This document shows positions 54,138-64,000 of a stretch of 64,000 nt of DNA, one piece after another (position 1 is the first letter of the stretch; each line of letters starts with the position of its first letter). Source of the DNA: the human T2T-CHM13v2.0 reference genome, Homo sapiens; assembly GCF_009914755.1 (NCBI RefSeq), contig NC_060937.1. The stretch is one strand, 5' to 3'. Below the pieces are notes generated by a model. That model worked only from the letters and a program-made list of their open reading frames with translations, made no database searches and had not been told where the DNA came from. A program made the position numbers and the translations under genes.

Positions 54138-57035
54138 TGTATTAGTCCATTTTCATACTGCTATGAAGAAATACCTGAGACTGAGTAACTTATAAAGAAA
54201 AAGAGGTTTAATGAAATCACACTTCCACATGGCTCGGGAGGCCTTACAATCATGATGAAAGGAGAAGGAGGAACAAAGGCATGTCTTACATGGCAGCAGG
54301 CAAGAGAGCTTGTGCAGGGGAGCTGCCTTTTATAAAAGCATCAGATATTGTGAGACTTAGTCACCATGACAAGAACAGCACAGGAAAAACTCACCCCCAT
54401 GATCCAATTACCTCCCACTGGATCCCTCCCATGACATGTAGAGATTATAGGAGCTACAATTCAAAATGAGATTTGGGTGGGCACACAGCCAAACCATGTC
54501 ATTCCATATCCAGCCCCTCCCAAATCTCATGTCTTCACATTTCAAAACCAATCCTGCCCCCCAACAATCCCCCAAAGTCTTAACTCATTTCAGCATTAAC
54601 TCAAAAGTCCACAGTCCAAAGCCTCATCTGAGACAAGGTAAGTCCCTTCCACCTATGAGCCTGTAAAATCAAAAGCAAGTTAGTTACTTCCTACAAACAA
54701 TGGGGGTACAAGCATTAGGTAAATATACCTGTTCCAAATGGGAGAAATTGGCCAAAACAAAGGGGTACAGGCCCCATGCAAGTCTGAAATCCAGCAGGGC
54801 AGTCACATCTTAAAGCTTTAAAATGATATCCTTTGACTCCATGTCTGACATCCAAGTCATGCTGATGCAAGACAAGGGTTCCCATGATCTTGGACAGCTT
54901 CTCCCCTGTGGCTTTGCAGGGTACAGATGTTCTCCTGCTGCCTTCATGGGCTGGCATTAAGTGTCTGTGGCTTTTCCAGGCACACAGTGCAAGCTGTCAG
55001 TGGATCTACCATTCTGGGGTCTGAAGGATGGTGGCCCTCTTCTCACAGCTCCACTAGGCAGTGCCCCAGTGGGGACTCTGTATAGGGGCTCCCACCCCAC
55101 ATTTTTCTTCCACACTGCCCTAGCAGAGGTTCTCCATGAGGGATCTGCCCCTGCAGCACACCCCTGCCTGGACATTCAGGCATTTCCATACATCCTCTGA
55201 AATCTAGGTGGAGGTTCCTAAACCTTAATTCTTGACTTCTGCATACCCTCAGTCCCAACAACACAGGTGAGCTGCCAAGGCTTGGAGTTTGCACCCTCTA
55301 AAGCAATGGCCTGAGCTCTACATTAGCCCCCTTTAGCCACAGCTGGGATGCAGGGTATCAAGTCTCGAGACTGCACAAAGCAGCAAGGCCCTGGGCCTGG
55401 CCTACAAAACTATTTTTCTCCTCCTAGGCCTCCAGGCCTATGATGGAAGGTGCTGCCATGAAGACCTCTGACATGTTCTGGAGACATTTTCCCCATTGTC
55501 TTGGCGATTAACATTTGGCTTCTGGTTATTTATGCCAATTTCTACAGCTAGCTTGAATTTCTCCTCAAAAAATGGGTTTTTCTTTTCTGTTGCATCATCA
55601 GTCTGCATATTCTCCAAAGGTTTATGCTCTGCTTCCTCTCAAACACTTTACCACTTAGAAATTTCTTCTACCAGATATCCTAAATCATCTCTCCCACGTT
55701 CAAAGTTCCGCAGATCTCAAAGACAGGGGCAAAATGCTGCCAGTCTCTTTGCTAAAGCATAACAAGAGTCACCTTTGTTCCAGTTCCCAACAAGTTCCTC
55801 ATCTCCATCTGACACCACCTCAGTCGGGACTTTATTGTCTATATAACTATCAGCATTTGGGTCAAAGCCATTCAACAAGTCTCTAGGAAGTTCCAAAGTT
55901 TCCCACATCTTCCTGTCTTCTTCTGAGCCCACCAAACTCTTCCAACCTCTGCCTGTTACCCAGTTCCAAAGTCACTTCCACATTTTCAGGTATCTTTACA
56001 GCAGTGCCCCACTACTTGGTACCAATTTATTGTATTAGTCCATTTTCACATTTCTATGAAGAAATACCCAAGACTGGTTAATTCATTTTTTAAAAAGAGG
56101 TTTAGTGGACTCCAGTTCCACATGGCTGGGGAAGCTAACAATCATGGTGGAAGGCAAAGGAGGAGCAAAGGCACATCTTACACGGCGGCAGCCAAGACAG
56201 CATGTGAAGGGGAACTGCCCTTTATCAAATCATCAGATCTTGTTAGACTTACTCACTATCATGAGACCAGCATGGGAAAGAAAAGCCCCCATGATTCAAT
56301 TACCTCCCACCCTGTTTCTCCCATGACATGTGGGGATTATGGTGAAGCAGCATCATTCGTCTGGGGTAATACCTGAGGTTGGTTGCCTCTCACCAAGGAA
56401 ATCAATGATGCAGACACACAAGGAGTAAGGTTAAGAGCAAAGGTTTAATAGGTGAAAGAAAGAGAGGAGCTCTCTGCACAGAGAGGGATCCCAGAGAAAA
56501 TGGGTTGCTGCTTCCTCAATGAAATGTAGAAGGTTTTATAGATGAGCTTGAGGAGGTGGTGTCTGATTTACATAGGGCACAAAAGATTGGCCAGACCAGG
56601 TGTGCCATTTGCATAGTGCATGAAGAAGCTGGCCACCCTACCCTAATCTTTGATTATGCAGATGGGTTCTGTACTTGGCTGGCACCATTTTGCCTGTTCC
56701 TTTACTGTACACATGGTGACAAAGAAAAGGGAAGATGAAGCTTCCATGTTGAACATACCAGGCTTCCAGGTAGCCCTTTTCTTTTTGCACAGCTGCTGGC
56801 ATTCACCCATGCAAGCTTCCAGCTTGCTTACCTATGTCTGCAGCTCGATTTTTCAGGCTGCTGTTTATTAGAAAAGAAATGATTTGGGGGCCGCTTTTTT
56901 TTTTTTTAAAGAGAAGCCTTGCCGAGGACTCCTTTACCCTCACTATCTGCCTAAATAATTTCTTTCTAGCTCCTGTATCAATGAGAGCTACAATTCAAGA
57001 TGAGATTTGGCTGGGGACACAGCCAAACCATATCA
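54138..57035 (-). mobile_element. Complete THE1 (THE1B-like) MaLR element: 3'LTR 54138-54501, internal 54502-56030, 5'LTR 56031-57035
   Basis: Two THE1 LTRs in the same orientation flanking a ~1.5-kb THE1-int sequence (minus strand begins ATAAATTGGTACCAAG). Confidence 0.92.
56343..56980 (-). mobile_element. MER50-like ERV1 solo LTR nested in the THE1 5'LTR
   Basis: Minus strand starts TGATACAGGAGCTAGAAAGAAATTATTTAGGCAG; 4-bp TSD ATGG/ATGA; THE1 LTR resumes at 56981. Confidence 0.85.
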
Positions 57036-58735
57036 GATATACCCTGATGTAATTTTCTTCATGTTTCTTTTACTTGGAATTTATTAAGCTTCTTGGAAAA
57101 TGTTGGGCCATTATTTCTTCAAATATTTATTTTTCTCTTAATCTCTTCTTCTAGGACATCAATTTCTTGTGTTAGGCTACTAAAACCTGTTCCAAAACTC
57201 ACAAATACTGTTCTTTTTGGTTTGGGTTGGTTTTTTGTTTTGTTGTTTTTGTCTTTTTTTCTCTGTGTTGGATTTCAGGTTGTTATTATTGCTGTGTTTT
57301 CAAGTTCACTAATCTTCTTCTGTAGGTAGAATCTGTTATTAATTCCCTTCATGTATTTTTTGGTCTCAAATATTGTTGTTTTCATCAATATTACTTCAAA
57401 TTGGATCTTCTAAAGATATTTTCTAAAAGTCTGTTTATCATGTGCATGTTTTCCTCTACCTTTTCTAGTCTACTGTTTATATTTATGTCATTCTTTACTA
57501 ATATTATTATTGATGTCTGCAATAGTTATCTAGGGCCGCCATAGCAAAGTCCACAAAATGAGCTTAAACAAAATAAATGTATTATCTTATAGTTTGAGAG
57601 GCCAGAGTATGAAATCAAGATGTTGGCAGGGTGAGCTCCTTTTAAGGACTATGAGGGAAGGATCAATTCTAAGCCTCTCTCTTTGGCTTGCAGTTGGTAA
57701 TCTTCTTTCTGTGTCTCTTCACATCATCTTCCCTTATACATATTTTTCTCTGTGTCCAAATTTATCCCTTTTTAAAGGATACCAGTGATATTGCTTTAGG
57801 AGCTACCCTAAAACTCATCTTAACTTAGCTAATTACTTTTGCAATTACTCTATTTCCAAATAAGATTCCATTCTGGGTATTGCAATTTAGGACCTCAACA
57901 TACAAATTTGGTGCAGTGGGGGATACAATTCAATGTATACAATATTATTTCTGCATAGTTTCTATTGTTTTACTTTTTTCTGCTCATTATGGGTTGAATT
58001 TCCTATTTCTTTGAATGCCTGTTTATTTTTGTTTGGATGTCAGATGCTATGAAATGTACATTCATTATGGTTTGCTAGAGAATTTTGTATTCTCTTAAAT
58101 ATTTTTGGTCTTTGTTCAGAGACACACTTAAATTACTTGGAAACAATTTGATCTTTTTCATGTTTGTTTTCAAGCTGTGCTAGCTGGGTCCAGAACAACT
58201 TTTAGTCTGGTTCTTCTTTACCTCATTACTGTGACAATATCCTTCTGAGGATTGTACTTGATGCTCTATGGGTGAGGAGGCATTTCCACTCTGGCTGGTG
58301 CAATCATTGAGGATGATTCTGTCAGATCCTTCCTGCTATTTTTTCCGGGTCTGATGTAGTTTCTTCACATGCATGCACTGATCAGTATTCAGCTGAAAAT
58401 TCAAAGGGATCTTCCCATGGATGTCTGGAGCCTCTCCATGTAACTCTCTCCTCTCCATTCCTCTTCCCTGTGAGTTCTAGCCACCTTGGGCCCCCTAGAT
58501 TTTGTCTCCTCAACTTGGGTATATTGCTGAGCCTCTTCCTGCATTGCACCCTGTAAATTCCTTTAAGGCACCAAGCTGGGGCAAGTTTGGGGCTCACTTT
58601 GTTGCTTGTCCTTTTCTGTGCTTCCCATTGTCAAATATCTGAAAAAAAAACCTCATCTATTTTGTCCATTTTTTATTTTTTTTTAGTGGCAACATTAATT
58701 TGATCCTCTATGTCCTTCTGGCTAAAGTGGTCTTC
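57036..58735 (-). mobile_element. Old L1M fragments (interrupted by MLT1)
   Basis: T-rich L1M-like sequence, e.g. GCCATTATTTCTTCAAATATTT, TCAAGTTCACTAATCTT. Confidence 0.6.
57517..57941 (-). mobile_element. MLT1B/C-like solo LTR
   Basis: AAATCAAGATGTTGGCAGGG; CTATTTCCAAATAAGATTCCATTCTG; GGATACAATTCAA. Confidence 0.75.
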
Positions 58736-58754
58736 AAATTTGATATTTTATTTT

Positions 58755-59520
58755 CATTTAACAGCTATTTATTGAGCGGCTACTATGTGTCAGACACTGT
58801 TCTAAATGCAGGGAAATGCATCAGTAAACAAGAGCTGATAATAATCCCAAAGAGTGTATAATGTGGGAAACCAAACACTAAAGAAACAAATATATAAGCG
58901 AACTGTCAGATGGAATTGTGTGCTAAGAAGCAAAATAAGGCAAAAAAGGCAAACAGAGAGTGCTAATGGTGACAGAGGATTGTAATTTAAAATAAAGTGG
59001 ACAGGGAAGATGCCGCAGAAAAGTAATCATTACAGTAAAGACGTGGAGGAGGCAAATTAGCAAGGCATGGAGATGTTTGGGAAAAATGCTTCCGTTTGGG
59101 GGAACAGGAATTCCAGAAGCCCTGAGGCAGGAGCATGCCAGGAGTGCTTAAAGAAATCAAAGAAGCCAGTGTGGCTAGAATTGAGTGACTGAGGAAGGAG
59201 GGAGGGGAAGTGAGGTCAGAGTGTTCATGGCTGGGGATGGGGAGGCTGATCTTGTAAGATGTTCAAGCCCATTATAAGCATTTTGGTTTTTATTTTGAAT
59301 TATACAGCGGAGTAAAATGCTTTCACTTTTGTTGGGCAGGATCTCCTTAGCTATTATGTTAAGAACAGAAAGTCAAAGTGCAAGGGCAGATGTCAGGAGA
59401 CCTTAGAATAATCTAGGCAAGAAATTCTGGTGATTGGAGACAAAAGGGGTAGCTGAAGAGGTAGTGAAAACTAGCTAGATTTTGGATATATTCTGATGGT
59501 TGACAGGATTTGCTATTATT
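58755..59520 (-). mobile_element. L2
   Basis: TATTTATTGAGCGGCTACTATGTGTCAGACACTGTTCTA; GAAGCCAGTGTGGCTAGAATTGAGTGA. Confidence 0.8.
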
Positions 59521-60145
59521 AAGTTTTAGACTTAAGAAATGCCTCCTCCTCTGTTCAATGAAGGTTCAATATTACCTTGTAATACTACAAATAGAAGAAC
59601 TAGAAGTTCATACTCTTTATGCTATTTTATTATGCTAGGCTGAACCCTGTGGGAGAGTCTAGAGGCTTCCTTCAGAGACAGTGACAGAAGCAGCCTTTAA
59701 TGTGCTTCTCCTAGCAGTATAAATCTGCCATTGACTTCATTTGTATTACACACAGATCCCAATAAGTCTGTTTTGTAGTGCTTTTGACTACCTGAAACAG
59801 TAGGAAGACTATTTTTTAATCAATGTGCAAATGAAGAGGAGTTTATATTTTCTTCCAAATCTGACCTTGAATATTCTTTACAAACACCTAGGTGGTATTT
59901 TAAAACTGTCAACAAAATGAGTTCTTAAAAGTTATCCATGTACTTAAGCATTTGGGGGTCTTTCTGATTCTTTTTTTTAGCTTATCTGTATTTGATTACA
60001 TTTGTTTGGGGTTTCAAAATGTACCACCTCCAGTTTTGCTATTTAAGTCAAATATGGCTTGTTTTAATAATATCTCTGAAGGCTTGATCATTTATTCATG
60101 TATTTATTCATTTCATTTATTCATTCATTAAATAGACATTTATGG

Positions 60146-60441
60146 AGGGATGCGGTGGCTCACACCTATAATCCCAGCACTTTGGGAGGCTGAATTGGAC
60201 TATAGCCTGCACCCAGGAGTTTAAGACCAGCCTGGGCAACAAAGTGAGACCCTGTCTCTACAAAAAATTTAAAAATTTAAAAAATTAGCTGCATGTGGTG
60301 GTACATGCCTGTAGACCCAGCAACTTGGGAGGCTAAGGTGAGGGGATTGCTTGAGCCCAGGAGTTCAAGGCTGCAGTGAGCTATGGTGCCTTTGCACTCC
60401 AGCCTGGGTGACACAGTGTCTCTAGAAACAAAACAAAACAG
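60146..60441 (+). mobile_element. AluJ
   Basis: GCCCAGGAGTTCAAGGCTGCAGTGAGCTATG; CAGCCTGGGCAACAAAGTGAGACCC. Confidence 0.9.
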
Positions 60442-61475
60442 CCATGTATTGAACAACTACTACATATCAGCCTCTGTGCTGTGCAGTGAGAGATAAGCTA
60501 TTTCTTAACTACACATTGCAAATTCCTAGTCCTCAAGGAATATGTTAATACATATAGAATATATATATATAATAGATGATGTGATAAAAGTTAGGAAAGC
60601 TAGTAGTAACCTGCTGGCATGGGAAAATTTAGGAGTACTTTTCATGCCAGTTTTGGGGATATGAGTTTTCCAATTGGAGGGTTGGTAGTACAGGACAAAA
60701 GAGTGAAGAATGGACATTCCTGTGACAGCAATGTGCATAAAGGCTGTGGGGTGAGGGAAATCATGAGGCACTGGGGACCGGCAAGAGCTTCAGAATGGTT
60801 GGAGCTCTCCATTAGGCTAAGGAGCAGGGCTACCAAGGAGTCATGCATAGGACAGATTATGAGAAAGGTTGCTCTGACTGCAGTGTGGACAATGCATCAT
60901 AGATGGCAAGATCAGAGAAAGGGAGACCTGTTAGGAGGCTGATGCAGTTGCCTGGGAAAAGGATGCTTATAGCCTGAAATAAGGACTGCCAGGAAGAGAA
61001 TTGGAGAATTTCAAAAGATAAGAGAGAGTCCAAAGAATCGGTGTAATTGGATGTGGTTTGTGGGAAAGAAAAACGTAAATAAAAATCCATGTTTTCTGGC
61101 TGAGACACAAGGTAAAATAACAGTGCCATTGAGATATTGGGCATAGATGGAGAAATAGATTTTGATGACCTGTGATGAATTCAGTTTGGAACAAGTTGAG
61201 TTTAAGCTGTCTGTGGATATCTATCTGAAGATGTCCACTGGTTTTATTCACATAGGTCTGGACCTCAGGAGAGAAATCCTAGCTTGAAATATAATTGAGG
61301 GTAAGAGCATACAGATAGTCATTAGAGCTTTGAGGTTGGAAGACATCACAGAAGAGGAGAGTCTACAGGATTGAAGATGGGCCTCTGACATTTTAAAGGA
61401 TTCACAAAAAGGAACCAGCAAAGAAGACTGTGATGTATCAGCCAGCGAGGTAAAAAGAAAATCATGGTATGAGAA

Positions 61476-62165
61476 TGGAACTGCCCAAGGGGTTCTTGCT
61501 GCCTGCTGCACAAACAAAGACCACAGCATTGCAGTAAAGAAAGTTTAATTGACATGAGGCCAGCCATGTCACAGGGGAGACAGTTAATACTCAAAGCAAT
61601 CCCCCTGAAGTCCTGTCGTTTTCAAAGGCAATTTGGGGAAGGGAGTGGGAGTGGTCACATAATGGGTGCTTGCTGATGACTGGTTGTGTTGGAGGTGAAG
61701 TCATAGGGAGTCAAAGCTGTTCATCTGAGCTGAATTGCTCCTGGGTGTGGCCACAAGGGAAAGGTTGGGGAGTCCACATGGAGCCATCCCCACATGGAGC
61801 CAGGTGGAGCCAGGGATGTCAGACATGCAAAAAAAAATTCCTGAAAACATACCTCAAAAGGCCAGTCTGCAGTAGTGGTGTTATCTGCAGGAATATCTGG
61901 TGATAAGTGCACATACCTTAGCAGAATCAGGGTCCTCTCTTCCTTGTAGCCTGGTGGACTTCATTAGCTTTGCAAAGATGGTTGATGGTTGAGTTTTAGA
62001 GAAGGGCTATTATCATTTAAACCATAATCTAAATGTCTTCCAAAGTTAGCTTGGCCCAAAAGCCCAAGAATAATTAAGGGAAGGGCAAGATGGGGGTGGG
62101 TTAGATCAGATCTCTTTTACTGCCGTAATTTTCTTATTGTTAAATTTTTTGCAAAGTCTGTTTCA
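61476..62165 (-). mobile_element. ERV1 MER4-group solo LTR (LTR8A/MER49-like)
   Basis: Minus strand starts TGAAACAGACTTTGCAAAAAATT...AAAGAGATCTGATCTAACCCACCCCCATCTTGCC. Confidence 0.75.
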
Positions 62166-62852
62166 AGGGCAATATGGAAGTGTGGAATCTGAAACAGGTA
62201 AGGACTTCCAGAAGTTGGGATAAGTCACCAGTGTTAAATCATGATGAAGACTTGGGTAAGAGGAAGCCTGTAGAGCCATTGCATCTAGCAAGAGCAAAGT
62301 CATCCCCTGTTCTTAACAATAGTAATGTGAATGAAGTAAGGAGCGAGGAGGCCATATTTTAGTGAACTGAGTGAACAGGCTATAAGCAAGTGGAGAGAGC
62401 TGATGTATACTGCAAAGGAAAAGAGAGCACAGGGCCAAAGCTCACATGGGATGTGAGGCTCATGAAAGCCTCTGTTGTTGCAGTTGTTTCTTGAGGTGGG
62501 AGAAAGGTGAACTTGGTTAAATGCTGATTAGAATGAGTTGTATGAAAGGAACAACTGTAGTTGTTGAGAAGCAAGGAGGCGCCTGATTAAACAGTGTTTC
62601 TGAGGTAGCAGCAATGGTCAGACTCCAGAACATCTGTGGAGGGAGTAGCCACACCTAAAAGGAAATGTACTTTTGAAAAGATCAGTCATGGGTTAAAGGT
62701 GGATACTTATTATGGATTGAACTGTGTCTCCCCCAAATTCATGTATTGAAATCCTAACGCCTACTGCCTCAGAGTGTGACCTTATTTGGAAATAAGGCCA
62801 TTGCAGATGTAATTGTTAAGATGAGGTTATACTGAAGTAAGGTAAGTCCCTA

Positions 62853-63624
<772 letters not shown>

Positions 63625-64000
63625 TTTTTTTTTAATAGTAGTGGGTGGGAATTTGGACACTAACATGCACACATAGAGAGAAAGCCATGTGGTGAAGGCA
63701 GAGATCAGGAGATGTTACAGAAGGTGAAAAAAAAAAAAAAGCCAAAGATTGTCAGCAAACTACCTAGGAGAGACATGGGACAGATTTTCCAAGACCACCT
63801 TCAGAAGGAATCAACCTTGATTTGACACTTCTAGCCTCCAGCACTGTGAGAGAGTAAGTTACTGTTGTTTAAGCCACTCAGTTCGCACTTTGTTACGGCA
63901 GGCCTAGTAAACTAACTTGGTGCCAGTGAAATTAAGTTTGCCTGTTGAACGACAGAAAGTCAAGGGAGTACTGACCTGCTGCTTTTACTTTTATTAAGAA

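Larger units (their letters stand above)
60090..62600 (-). mobile_element. L2 fragments interrupted by AluJ and an ERV1 LTR
   Basis: (TTCA)n tail at ~60095-60130; TGAATTCAGTTTGGAACAAGTTGAGTTTAAG. Confidence 0.6.

Noticed and set aside
54502-56030. Coding capacity of the THE1 internal region
   Set aside because: Only short broken ORFs are present; MaLR internal regions are non-autonomous and degenerate.

Overview
Primate (almost certainly human) genomic DNA, AT-rich and repeat-dense, with no intact protein-coding ORF; the ORF track is noise except for fragments of one pseudogene and one L1 ORF2 piece. The main feature is a full-length processed HSP90AB1 (HSP90-beta) pseudogene on the minus strand (49507-52014). 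It has a perfect 15-bp target-site duplication (TSD), frameshifts and stops, and sits inside an old L1. The first ~5.65 kb looks like the end of a long 3'UTR with an ATTAAA signal at 5632. From memory this layout fits HS6ST3 followed by HSP90AB6P on 13q32.1, which is unverified. The rest is Alus, L1/L2/MIR, MaLR and ERV LTRs (including a complete THE1 element with a nested MER50 LTR), nested Tigger elements and microsatellites. I see no evidence of a new biological system. The most interesting oddities are an HML-5/LTR22 LTR that keeps its tRNA-Met primer-binding site inside the TSD, two probable double-strand-break repair scars, and two closely spaced inverted Alu pairs. Repeat subfamily names come from recalled consensus sequences, and boundaries of old repeats are approximate.
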